DNA from: Octopus bimaculoides
Lineage: Eukaryota
Reading direction: 5' to 3'
Assembly: GCF_001194135.2 (NCBI RefSeq)
Contig: NC_069004.1
Span: 97,375 to 130,253 of the forward strand
DNA: 32,879 nucleotides
The notes under the pieces were generated by a model, which did not search any database, was not told the origin of the DNA, and was given only the letters and a program-made list of their open reading frames with translations. Below, in pieces: positions 22,137 to 32,823 of this stretch. The translations under genes and the position numbers were made by a program. Each line of letters starts with the position of its first letter. Within the stretch, counting starts at the first letter, position 1.

Positions 22137-22231
22137 ACAATGCCATTCCTGAAGGCTTTGATTAGCGAAAGATAAGGTTTGTATTTCTCGTTGGAAAGAA
22201 TCGCGTTGATGAGAACAAGAGCTGAAGCCAT
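22137..22231 (-). CDS. PXMP4: PXMP4 coding exon 1 (95 nt, MASALVLINAILSNEKYKPYLSLIKAFRNGI + GT)
   Basis: ATG in strong Kozak context (gacaccATGG). Donor GT|gtacgt in phase 2 is completed by the A that opens exon 2 (GTA=Val). Confidence 0.93.
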
Positions 22232-22559
22232 GGTGTCTCCGGTGCAATGACAAAATATTACACCGTGATAATTGGTCCACTTCGCTCACGTCTCTCTCCG
22301 TTAAACATCTCGGTGTCGAGTCTCTGTAACATCCCTGGCCTAATTACAGAAAGTATTTTGAGTTCCGTGACAGAATTGAAAGCCTTTTGCTTTCTCATGT
22401 TATTATTACAATAATGAATGAATGATTGTTGATTCAACATGAAACATTATTGCTGCAAAAACAGTATTATCTTTCTTTTTTACTTTTCATTACAATCTTT
22501 AATTTTTGATAAAATCCTTAAAATGTTTGTTTAAATAAACCAATTTCAAGAAATTCTCT

Positions 22560-22624
22560 AGTGGGCCACAAAATAAAAGTCTGCGGGATGCACGCGGCCC
22601 GCGGGCCTCAGGTTGGCCAGCCCT
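22560..22624. mobile_element. Single hAT-Charlie-type terminus remnant upstream of PXMP4
   Basis: gcggcccgcgggcctcaggttggccagccctg resembles the GC-rich Charlie/MER30-like end (CAGGGCTGGCCAACC on the minus strand). Partner TIR not found. Confidence 0.55.
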
Positions 22625-23164
22625 GTTCTATAATGTCACTCAGTCTGCTAGAAATAACAGCCAAAATTTCGACGCTAAACAGCGCCGTGTCGTTTTATAT
22701 AAAAAATATCGGTCAAACTAAAGAGTTTGACCCGAGTAAAAAAAAATAGGTGTAAAACNNNNNNNNNNNNNNNNNNNNNNNNNNNNNNNNNNNNNNNNNN
22801 NNNNNNNNNNNNNNNNNNNNNNNNNNNNNNNNNNNNNNNNNNNNNNNNNNNNNNNNAGGAGAGGACCCGGAAAATTCACATCGTGAATGTTCCAAATCGT
22901 CTCACCACAGCCCCTCCCCCCCCCAAAAAAATTAATAGTGTAATAGATGTACAACAACATGTAGTAAACGAATATGGAAAAAAAAGATGCGCGCTCACGA
23001 ACGGGAGTGAGGGTGAGGGAGAGGACTCGGAAAATTCACATCGTCAGACCTTGACCTTTAAACTCCAGTGTTTGACACCGGGCAACAAAAAAAAAAAAAA
23101 AATTAAGAGTATTTGTTCGTCTAGTGGTTAAGGATAGCATAGCATGGCCTCACTTTAAACTGAT

Positions 23165-23700
23165 TGGCTACACAGGCTAGAAATTTGTGATCTGCTCAGT
23201 CAATTTAGATAGAATCCACAGACAGGGACCCAGTTACTGGAAGTTGAATTCGTCCTTACTAGCATACAAAATCTACAGGGATCAGATTAGGGAACTAGTT
23301 AAGTGGCAGTTGATGGTAGTTCTAGTTTGCCCTGATGAAAATAGAGTCAGTAGCATTTCAAGTGAAGAAGAGTTATCGATAGAAAGAAATAGATTGGGGG
23401 GAGAAGTAGTTAGCAAAGTAGAAATGGCAGTTAGTAAAGGCATCACAACAGACATGTTTAGCAGCAGGAATGGCACTTGACCATTTCTTCAAGGTGAATC
23501 ATGAAGGCTTTGTTGTCAGTGCTAAGGCCTGTGCACTCAAACGCAAAGGAACTAAAACCATCTGATGGGCCTGGACAGTGGAGACATGACATGGCAACAA
23601 AACCACAATCAGTCTTCGATGCACCAGGACGGGCACATGCTACTCAGTTCCGAGATGTGTATGGCCTTCCAGAAGCACTTCACATGGCTGTTTGAGTTGG
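23165..23700 (+). mobile_element. Decayed Tx1/L1-clade LINE ORF2 fragment (region after the endonuclease)
   Basis: KFVICSVNLDRIHRQGPSYWKLNSSLL (G.GYWKLN.SLL motif); downstream pieces HGNKTTI and HQDGHMLLSSEMCMAFQKHFTWLF in shifted frames. Confidence 0.75.
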
Positions 23701-24734
23701 ACATAGACACATGAACACCCCTTTCTGTATGACATATTGTCAGTTATACCCCATTGTATTTTGACATGTGTCAAAATGCCAACCAACTTACAGAATGGAC
23801 AGAATGCTTTTTATGTGGTACCAACACTGACATGCTTTCTACAGCTGGATGCCCTTCCAAATGCCAACCACTTTACAGCTTTACAGTGTGGAGTGGATGC
23901 TTTTGAAATGGCACAAGCACTGGTGGGGTCACCAAGTAACTCACAAAACAAAAATCCTTTGTGAAGAGGGCGTTGGAGGAGGTGGCCTTGTGCCAGGTGA
24001 GGAGAGGTTAGAGGGTGACAGAAGATAGAAACGGATGCTTTGTCATAGAGGAGATACATTGTTACCCAGTCAGAGTGAGAGAAAGAAAGGAAGAGAGAGA
24101 TTCAGAAAGTGGAAGAGAGGGAGAGAGAAACACCTCTGAGTGGGGAATAGTTCTCAAAAATAACACCCAATCCCCCCCCACACACACACACAAATTCATA
24201 TGTCCTCAGAGTCTATATATTCCAAGGTGTATTTGTAGAGAATTTCTTTAAAAAATATCCATTTTCCTGAAAGTTAAGACGAATTGAAGTAAACTCCGGT
24301 GAATTTTCCGAAATCCTCCGCTAGCCCCCACCCCACCCCGATTTTGTATATTCGGAATCTGCATGATACAACACATATTCGTAGAAAATTTCATGAAAAA
24401 AAATGTTTTTCTGTAAATTATGATCATCCAAAGTCGTGGTGATGGTGGGAGGGCAGAAATCTGAAGTTATGCCTCTTCACATAACTCTTCCCTTCACGAC
24501 GGACAAAAACTGTTATATTATCTGAATTATCACGTATATATTCACACAATCAAGAAGAGGCCATTCATTTTGTGACTCTGCTACGATGTAATTGCTTCAG
24601 TTAAAATATATTATCTGAGATATTAATGGAAACTCAATACAAGGGAGACAACTAGCCATTTTATTCAATAAAGAGTTATGCCCCTTCAACTTAAAATTAA
24701 TAGACAAGGTTGTAACGAAGAACTGCAAACAGTA

Positions 24735-25200
24735 TCATAGACTTGTGCATGGCCTGGATAGATTTTCAAAAAGCTTACGACATGTTGCCGCATTCGTGGA
24801 TTTGGGAAACACTCGACATGTGTGGAGTAGCTGAGAACGTGTGTGCACTGATTAAGAACAGCTTGGTTGGAAAATACGTCTTCTCAGTAACAACCAACAA
24901 TCAAAAGTATCATTCAGGGACGCTTTTATTCACATTTGTTATAGCCTCGACCCCACTTTCTGTAGTCCAACACAAAGTCAATGGCCCTTTGAGCTGAGAA
25001 ACAATGGATCACGTCTCAACCACCTTCTCTTCATGGATGATCTAAAACTGTTGGCAAAAACAGAGCCTGAAATGGAGAGGCTGGTTGAGACTGTGCAGAA
25101 GTGAAGCAAGGATATTGGGATGGAATTTGATAACTCGAAGTGTGTGGTGCTTACTTTGAAGTGGGGGGAAAAGAGTAAATTCTAGGGACATAGAATTGGC
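24735..25200 (+). mobile_element. Decayed non-LTR reverse transcriptase fragment (R4/Dong-like)
   Basis: MAWIDFQKAYDMLPHSWIWETLDMCGV (RT domain 3), then RLNHLLFMDDLKLLAKTEPEMERLVETVQK*SKDIGMEFDNSKC (catalytic xMDD), with deletions and a stop. Confidence 0.85.
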
Positions 25201-25504
25201 AAACAGAGAGAGAATGGAAAACCCGGATGACGATGGAACTGCATATATATTGTATGAAGCATTGTCAGGCTGAGGTCTTTGCTGTGACTTGACAGACAAA
25301 CCCTTGCCACTCGCAATATCTTCAATCAAGAACACAATACTGATTGATGTCTTAAATAACAACAACAACAATGATAAAGAAAAAAGAAAAAATACTCTTG
25401 GAATTCCATGAAGGAATACAAATTAATAGTTTTGAATAAGAATAAACAGAAGTTTCAATGATAATTATTTTTCATTTATTTATTTTGATAATAATAACAA
25501 TGAC

Positions 25505-26690
25505 ATTAGGCACAAGGCCACAAGTCTGGGGTAAGGGACCTGTAAAGTTGATTGTATCAACACCAGCATTTGACTGGAGTTTATATACTGACCCCGAAAA
25601 AGATTAAATGCATACTTGACCCCAGTTCAAATATCACCAGGCTCAACATTGCTCTTCATCCTTTCGGGGCAGATGAAATAAGGGGTCAAGTACTTGGGTA
25701 AATTTAACAATAATCATGAATTTTTTTTTTTTTTTTTCACATAGGCACAAGGGCAGAACTTTCACAGAAGGGGTTAATCAATGAAACCGACCCCCCAATA
25801 CTTGACAGGTATTTTGACCCCTGAAGGATGATAAACAGAGTTGTCCTTGGTAGGATTTGAAATTAGAATGTCAAAGAACAAAAAAAATAATAACCTCCAC
25901 CCCACCCCCGGGCTTTTTGTCCAGCGTTTGGCCAACTCTGCCTCTCCACCAATAAAAACCTTTTTATATTTGACTTGTTTCAGTCACTCAACTGTGGCCA
26001 TGCTGGAGCACTGCTTTGAAGAGTTTTAGACAAACGAATTGACCCGATTACTTTCCCCTTTTAAGCCTGATTCTTATTCTATCGACCAATTTTACTAAAC
26101 CACTAAGCCATGGGGATGTAAATAAACCAACACTGGTTATCAAACTGTTGTAGGGACAAACACAGACACACACACACATGTACATACACACATACATATA
26201 TATATATACACATATATACATACACACATATAGATATACATATATACATACAAACATATATACGACGGGCTTCTTTCAGTTTCTGTCTACCAAATTCACT
26301 CGCAAGGCTTTGGTCGGCCTTGTGCTATAGTAGAAGACACTTGCCCAGTGGGACTGAACTTGGAACCATGTGGTTGGGAAGCAAACTTTTTACCACACAG
26401 CCACACCAAGGTCAGAAATTTAATTTAGAAGGGGTCAGTCAATACCATTGACCCTATCATTTAACTGATGCTCAATTTTATTGACCCCTAAATGGTGGAA
26501 AAGCAAAGTTGACTTCAGCAGGTTTTGAAATTGATGATAATGATTTCTTATTTAGGCACAAGGCCAGCAATTTCAAGGGGAGCAGGGTTATCAATACAAC
26601 AGACCCTGTTATATGAGTGGTACTTAATTTTATTGACCCTAAAAAGAAGAATGGTCAGCCTTGGGGTGGGGTTTTGACTCCAGTCATAAT
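25505..26690 (-). mobile_element. Cluster of about four SINE family 2 copies or fragments (25505-25625, 25742-25950, 26406-26525, 26550-26690) around a family 1 copy
   Basis: Recurrent plus-strand text aggcacaagg...ttgaccc...tggtactta...ttgaccc...aaagttgac, the reverse complement of the 7992-8180 element. Confidence 0.7.
25965..26405 (-). mobile_element. tRNA-derived SINE, family 1, near full length
   Basis: Collinear with 2520-2941, including a ~105-bp internal (CA/TA)n. Confidence 0.88.
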
Positions 26691-27109
26691 AATAATTGTG
26701 TCTTGAATTTTTTTTCTTTTCTTTGTTGAAGTTTATTTAGCAGAAAGTTAATGAAATTCTATAAAATCTATCTTTTTTCTTCTTAGGAATTGGGAGAACG
26801 TTGGTCAAGCGATGAGAGTTCATATCTGAACACTCTCATACAGCTCAGTCCACTTGGTTGAAAACAGGTACCACATATTAAGAATCATTCCACACTCTAA
26901 CCAACATCATCAGCAGCATGATAAATACAATGGGTGTTTTGTTAGCTTCCTCCTCCCCCGTGATTGACACCACTAACTACTACTATTACTACTACTATAA
27001 TCATCAACTATACCATTAACATCATTACCTCCACCAGTAACCAAGGCAACTACCACCACCACCACCACCACAGTTACTACTACCAACTTCTACATTTGTT
27101 GTTGGTGTA

Positions 27110-27535
27110 TAGCCCCGAGTTAAACTTGATTGAACAGACCTGTGATCAAAGGCATTCCTTCCATGACCACCTCTATCTTTTCTATGGCTACATTATCTAT
27201 GTCTTTCCCTTCTCTTTTAAGACAATCGGTTATGTGATTTGAGACAAATGTGACTTCTATTTCTAGCATGCCAAAAGTCCGCATACTTGCACCTTTGTTG
27301 GTGAGTCCAGTCGTTGTTAGTGGTGGTGGTGGTGGTGGTGGAGGTAATGGCGATATTGTTTAACCCCAGGTCAGCCCTGATCTAGCAGACATATTTGATC
27401 AAAGGCATCGCAACCATGACTGTCCCATCCTTCTCATGAGCATTGTGTTTCTAGGAAAACATTATTCAGTGTGTTCCTAACTTTTAAACATAGTAGAATG
27501 TAATTTGAGGGTGATTTGGCTGTTAATTCTAGCAT
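27110..27535. repeat. Two copies of an unclassified interspersed repeat (family 3); other copies near 9585-9750, 12780-12945, 13340-13415 (inverted), 13570-13610 and 15570-15645
   Basis: Shared motifs ttaaccccaggtcagccctgat...tgatcaaaggcattcc.accatgacc and gatttg.ctgctatttctagca. Confidence 0.6.
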
Positions 27536-27666
27536 GTCGGGGAACTATATAAAGGAGGCATGTGGCTTCACCAAGCTCACCTCACCTAAATAAACATCTT
27601 GTCTATTAAAAAAGTGATACGCTCTTTCCATGATGCTAATCCATCACCAAAACAACAACAACAACA

Positions 27667-27699
<33 letters not shown>

Positions 27700-28315
27700 G
27701 CTTCAAATTTTGACCCAAGGAGAGCAACTTTAGGGGAGTAAGTCCATTACATTGACCCTGCTGTATTTGAATGGTACTTTATTATCTCACCCCCACCTCC
27801 CACCTTGACAGAATTTGAACTCAATAACAAGAAAAATATTCAAAAAGCAAAAATGATGCAAGTTTCTTTGCAAGTGAGAGGTTCATGAGACCAGGTTTCT
27901 GGATTTTGTGGTGCGTACACACTCCCATCTGGATGGGACATTGGTCTGTTGCAAGGATTACTCATTATGGCAGCCAGGGGTGAGGATTGGAACAACATAA
28001 AGTGTTTGGTTGAAGAACACAATGCATCACCTGGTCCAGGAACTGAAACCAGAACCCTAGGATCATGAATGCAACACCCTAACCACTAAGCTATGTGCCT
28101 CTGCCATAATAAACATATTAATATTGGTCTCACATTTCGGCACAAGGTCAGCAGTTTTTGTCTGAGGAGTCCACTTACATCAACTCCAACTGGTGCTTAT
28201 TTTATTGACCTCAAAAGGTAAAGTTGACCTCAGCAGAATCTGAACTTGGAATGGAAAGATGGATGAAATGCCATTAAGCATTCTGCCTGGCATGCTAATG
28301 ATTCTGCCAGCTCAG
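27700..28315 (-). mobile_element. Two SINE family 2 copies (27700-27830, 28125-28315) flanking a different tRNA-headed SINE (27870-28102)
   Basis: Family 2 motifs as above. The middle element has minus-strand head gaggcacatagcttagtggttaggg (A box) and ggtttcagttcc (B box-like). Confidence 0.65.
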
Positions 28316-29767
28316 TATAATAACAATAATAATAATAATGAATTCTCCAATTACTATGAAGTTCTGAGATCATATTTGAACCTGAGTTAAAACCTACAAA
28401 GGACTGGTGTCCTATCCCAGAGGGGAAGCAATATATCTCTACCACTTCATTCCACTAAAAATACAAAAAAAAATTTTTTTTAGTATTCTGACATACCATA
28501 ACCCCTTCTTCCTGAATAAATAGACTGACCCCTATCATAAAAGGGGAAGGTATAAAGCTTAAGAATTACTTGCCTCACCCTCACACTCTTTTTCTTTATT
28601 TTTTTCTCCTCTTTCTTTTCACTTTGTATTAAGCCTTTCTTTTAAATTTTTTGGGGTCTTCTTTCCTCTTCCCCTTATTTCTTTCTTTTTGTCCCCTCTC
28701 CTTTTTTTTCTTTCATTCCTTTTATATCACCACCTCCCACCAATACTCCTTTTCCTGTTACTTGATCATTAAATTTGGAAAGAACTCTCAACAAATTGTT
28801 ATCCCCAAATGCCATCTGTTTCACTTTCATTCTTGTTCTTAACTCTGTGTGTGTATGTTGCATTCTTCCAGAGCATCAAACTAATACACTTGCTTATGGT
28901 TCCTTTACCTGTTTCTGTCTTTTGTTTTCTATACATTTGAACCATATATGTATGGACGTGTGTGTGTGTATACACACACACATATATATATATATANNNN
29001 NNNNNNNNNNNNNNNNNNNNNNNNNNNNNNNNNNNNNNNNNNNNNNNNNNNNNNNNNNNNNNNNNNNNNNNNNNNNNNNNNNNNNNNNNNNNNNNNNNNN
29101 NNNNNNNNNNNNNNNNNNNNNNNNNNNNNNNNNNNNNNNNNNNNNNNNNNNNNNNNNNNNNNNNNNNNNNNNNNNNNNNNNNNNNNNNNNNNNNNNNNNN
29201 NNNNNNNNNNNNNNNNNNNNNNNNNNNNNNNNNNNNNNNNNNNNNNNNNNNNNNNNNNNNNNNNNNNNNNNNNNNNNNNNNNNNNNNNNNNNNNNNNNNN
29301 NNNNNNNNNNNNNNNNNNNNNNNNNNNNNNNNNNNNNNNNNNNNNNATATATATATTAATTGTTGCAAGTAGGCTGCAGGAAAGTACCTCGGAGAAGATG
29401 AATTCTATACAAACACTGCACTCTCCCACATGTGTGATATTGTCAGTTGAAAATAACAATCACTAACTTCGATTATCTGTGCAGTTTGTAGACAAAAGCT
29501 CCCTCTACACAATGTTCAAAATCTAAAAAGAACAAATAAGAGACACAAATGTAGTAAAATCACTTCGTTGAAATTCTTGGAAAATATATAAAATGCAGTA
29601 TGGCAAGGGTAAGGGTGAATCAGATCTGTAAGCCAACTGGTGGAGGCAACAGACATGTTTCAGTCTTGTTCAACCTCCTCAGCAAGGAATATTTTATTTT
29701 CAGTTGGCAACACTAAAAGTGATCAATATATATACACATACACACACAGGTGCATGTGTGTGTACAT

Positions 29768-29876
<109 letters not shown>

Positions 29877-30452
29877 ATAGATATATGCACATACACACAC
29901 ACAAAATGTAATGACACTGATTATGAATATCAACAACATGGTCAAAGGAAAAATAAAAAGTCTATCCTGTATGTATAATATCTGCATCTGATTACTTATT
30001 ATCCATTGTTGTTCTTCCTGTTGTTGTAGTTGATAAATTTTTGTTTGAAAATCAGTTTAGTTGACTTTGTTAATTTTTCTGTTAATTCATTAAATCTCCA
30101 TTTAGTCCATTTAATTAGGAAAACTTTTAATTTTTTTTTTTTGTTAAATGCGTTTTTCTTTTTACCATTTACAATAAAAAATATAGGGACAAAAAAATTC
30201 AAGTAAATTACCAGCACCAGAAAACAATACAAAAATAAAAGAAAAAATATAAACAATGAAAATAAAAAACAACAATAGAGATAATATAACAACTTCCTCC
30301 CTTCCTCCCTCCTCTAAGAACATTCTTGTTTTTCCCCCCACCCTCCCACTGACCACACCGTCTCCTCATTTTCTATTCAAGAGATTGTGGACATAAATCA
30401 GTCTACATCATCACCGCCACTGCCACCATTGTCCTCATCAGCATCATGCAAG

Positions 30453-30455
<3 letters not shown>

Positions 30456-30496
<41 letters not shown>
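30456..30496. repeat. (AG)n microsatellite, (CU)n on the mRNA a few nt after the CRAL-TRIO stop codon
   Basis: Direct reading. Confidence 0.95.
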
Positions 30497-30499
<3 letters not shown>

Positions 30500-30655
30500 T
30501 TAATCAACTTCAAGCTTGCGGTATGTCCCCATCAAGCACTCGCCAGTGGCATCTTCTTTGATAACCAATTTGTTAGCTTGCTGCAGTTCTTTGAAACCAT
30601 ATTTAAATTCTTCTTCAAACTGAGCATCGTACTTCAGTAAACTCTCAGTCCAAGC
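30500..30655 (-). CDS. CRAL-TRIO protein last coding exon (156 nt, AWTESLLKYDAQFEEEFKYGFKELQQANKLVIKEDATGECLMGTYRKLEVD stop)
   Basis: Acceptor ccattcactttag, phase 0, TAA stop. AWTESLL...F..EF resembles TTPAL TWNAVLL...FVKEF; the G-x-(F/Y)-RKLE-x-D end is typical of invertebrate alpha-TTP-like proteins. Confidence 0.93.
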   Translation of the reverse strand, partial: AWTESLLKYDAQFEEEFKYGFKELQQANKLVIKEDATGECLMGTYRKLEVD

Positions 30656-30864
30656 CTAAAGTGAATGGAATAAATGGAACAAAAATTAGAAATTCAGAAA
30701 AAAGAATGGGGAAAAGAAAGACAGGCAAAAAGGTTAGATAGCATCACATTCTGCATCAGAAACCCTCATCATCGTTTAGCATCTGTTTCCCATGCTAGCA
30801 TGGGTTGGAAGGCTTGACAGATGTGGGTAAGACCACCAGGGATCATATCAATTTTTTCTACATT

Positions 30865-31170
30865 AGGTACAAGCCCTGATTTTTCCCTTTCTTTAAGGAG
30901 AGGCTCCTAGATTTTTTCAGGTTGAAAGCCATTCTGCACTAGACCCCATCAGCTGGTCCAGTTGGTGGAGAAGATTCCAGATTTCTGACTCCTTTGATGC
31001 AAGGATAGTAGTGTCATCCATGGAGGCTTTCAGGGCTGTCATCTTGCATCCACCACCAAGGTCTGCTGCACTTGTTTTGTTTTCTACTGCCCTGAGAAGT
31101 ACCTGCATCATCAGCACCATGAAGAGTATTGGTGACCCTGCACAACCCATCGCAATTCCAACCTCCATCC
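30865..31170 (-). mobile_element. Decayed non-LTR reverse transcriptase fragment (REL-type, Hero/NeSL-like) in the last intron of the CRAL-TRIO gene
   Basis: EVGIAMGCAGSPILF...LKASMDDTTIL (RT domains 4-5), then after a frameshift CRMAFNLKKSRSLSLKKGKI. Clade assignment is from recalled motifs. Confidence 0.8.
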
Positions 31171-31269
31171 CAGCTCAGGCAGTTGTGTCTCTGTTGGTGA
31201 TAAAAGGAATTGGAAATTGAAATAGGAATGTGACATCGCAAAACAACAACATTACCTTTTGTTATTACG

Positions 31270-31725
31270 AAAGGCACAAGCAGTGAAATTTGGGGGGAAG
31301 GGACAAGTTGATTTCAGCAAGTCCAGGGCATAACTAGTCCTCATTTCATCAACTCTGAAATGATGAAAGGCAAACTCAACTTAAGCGGGATTTGAACTTA
31401 AAACATAAAGTGAGATTTTGTCTGGCACGCTAACGATTCTGCCATCTCGCTGCCTTAATAGTAGTAATGATGATGATGATAACAATAATGATGAAGATGA
31501 TGATGATAATTCTTTCTACTGTAGGCACAAAGTCCAAAGTTTTGTAGGCGTGGTCCTGTCAACTACATCGACCCCAGTACTCAGCTGGTACTTATTTCAT
31601 CAACCCTGAAAGGATGAAAGGCAAAGTTGACCTTAATGGCATTTGAACTCAGAACATAAAGAGCTGGAAGAAATGCTTCTAAGCATTTCATTCAACATGC
31701 TAACGCTTCTGCCAGCTCACAAGCT
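31270..31725 (-). mobile_element. Two tandem SINE family 2 copies (31270-31458, 31520-31725) in the last CRAL-TRIO intron
   Basis: aggcacaa...gatgaaaggcaaa...atttgaact...gctaacgattctgcca, twice. Confidence 0.8.
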
Positions 31726-31775
31726 TGATGTTGATGATGATGATGATGATGACGATGACGTGATGAACTTCGTAC

Positions 31776-31877
31776 CTCAATATCTATCTCATTGAGAACA
31801 CCGTTATACTCCTGTGGCAGATTTTCTGGAGACACAAATTCATGCAGAGCACTGACATTCTGTCCATGGAAATGTAA
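31776..31877 (-). CDS. CRAL-TRIO protein penultimate coding exon (102 nt, LHFHGQNVSALHEFVSPENLPQEYNGVLNEIDIE)
   Basis: Acceptor tttctcattgcag, donor gag|gtacga, phase 0. Carries the HG...LH...LPxEYxG motif. Confidence 0.95.
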
Positions 31878-32371
31878 CTGCAATGAGAAACACATCAGGT
31901 TAGAAATAGTGGGGGAGGGTAACGGTGAATGATGAGGAGCATGCTATCCAGAAATAAAATATACATACTTACATACACACACACACATATATACACACAC
32001 ATATACACAGTCAGTTAGAGTAGGAGCTTTGGATCTAGGAGAGAAACAGGCTCTTTATCCATTGACAAGGAATCTAGCTATAAAACTAAAGAATAACTTT
32101 GTTATGCTACCACCTCTGCACAAAGCATGGGTGCTAATAACTGCATGCTTGTGTACATACATGCATAATGTATTTTGCAGCAAACAAATCAGTGGAGTCC
32201 AAGAATTGAACCTAAAACTGTATAATTACCAACACACTAATAATTAGGATGTGTGCTTCCACACACAAACACACACCCTATCTCCCTCTCTTTCTTCCTT
32301 TGACATACTGGTTTAGAATGAGAGTTCCTGACAGTAGGAGACACACAATATACATGATATACACACAACAC

Positions 32372-32412
<41 letters not shown>

Positions 32413-32419
32413 ACACCTG

Positions 32420-32455
<36 letters not shown>

Positions 32456-32516
32456 CGCACACACAAACATATGCTCATTGCTCTCACAGTATTTATCTTT
32501 GTGATGCCTTTCTTAC

Positions 32517-32627
32517 CCTTTTGACGATCTTCTCCTTGAGAAAAGGGCGAATAATGGAGAACAAAATATCAAACATGCTTGGTTCATGGATATAATGTAT
32601 GCCCTTCAGACGAAGTGGGAAGCACTC
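32517..32627 (-). CDS. CRAL-TRIO (Sec14-like) lipid-binding protein, TTPA/TTPAL/clavesin family: third-last coding exon (111 nt, ECFPLRLKGIHYIHEPSMFDILFSIIRPFLKEKIVKR)
   Basis: Acceptor ctcatttgcag, donor agg|gtaaga, phase 0. Classic FPxRxKxIH...PFLxEK CRAL-TRIO motif. Not in the ORF track (<60 aa). Confidence 0.95.
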
Positions 32628-32823
32628 CTGCAAATGAGAAGCAGTCGTAAAGATTAACAATTTTAATTACACATTTACATACTATGTATCATATAGCTAT
32701 ACATATATATATATATATTAATGGAACAAAAACACAATAGAGGACAGGCAAAAAAAGGTGGGTCATTCTTGGCCTTCTTTCATCAGTCAAGTCCCGTGTA
32801 TACACACATACATACATACATAC

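Larger units (their letters stand above)
15021..22231 (-). other. PXMP4: Gene span (CDS extent) of peroxisomal membrane protein 4 (PMP24; Tim17/Tim22/Tim23/Pmp24 family), 4 coding exons, 615 nt = 204 aa + stop
   Basis: Manually spliced product MASALVLINAILSNEKYKPYLSLIKAFRNGIVYGCKVRFPHSLVMTFLFKSGTLTEKFRGILEATYTHAKSLALF...GRYNKVNEQINLYLLSRITYALA...LQPSLRSSMTYLYEDCTQWHNLTDFLLYNKLPD aligns along its length with human PXMP4 as recalled (LKGFRNGAVYGAKIRAPHALVMTFLFRNGSL...QINMYLLSRV...LQPSLQSSMTYLYEDSNVWHDISDFLVYNK). Phases join without frameshift. Confidence 0.97.
21763..23048 (+). repeat. Three direct copies of a ~130-160 bp unit bracketing PXMP4 exon 1 (21763-21892; 22725-22890 with gap inside; 22930-23048)
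   Basis: Shared strings ctaaag.gtttgacccgag, aatagtgtaa.agatgta, aacgaatatg.aaaaaaaa.atgcgcgctc.cgaa and gagaggac...catcgtca. Confidence 0.7.
2185..29346. other. Six assembly gaps (N): 2185-2496, 3546-3679, 12418-12537, 18164-18254, 22759-22856, 28997-29346
   Basis: Direct reading; most are flanked by (TA)n or homopolymer runs. Confidence 0.99.

Noticed and set aside
28775-29466. Long ORFs spanning N-gaps (also 2158-2568, 3480-3716, 12344-12583, 18055-18375, 22713-23131)
   Set aside because: Open only because N codons contain no stops.
30500-32627. Cephalopod retinal-binding protein (RALBP) identity for the CRAL-TRIO gene
   Set aside because: The protein ends about 50 aa after the CRAL-TRIO domain with an alpha-TTP-like tail; there is no room for the C-terminal GOLD-type domain I recall for Sec14-like retinal-binding proteins. 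No gene symbol assigned.
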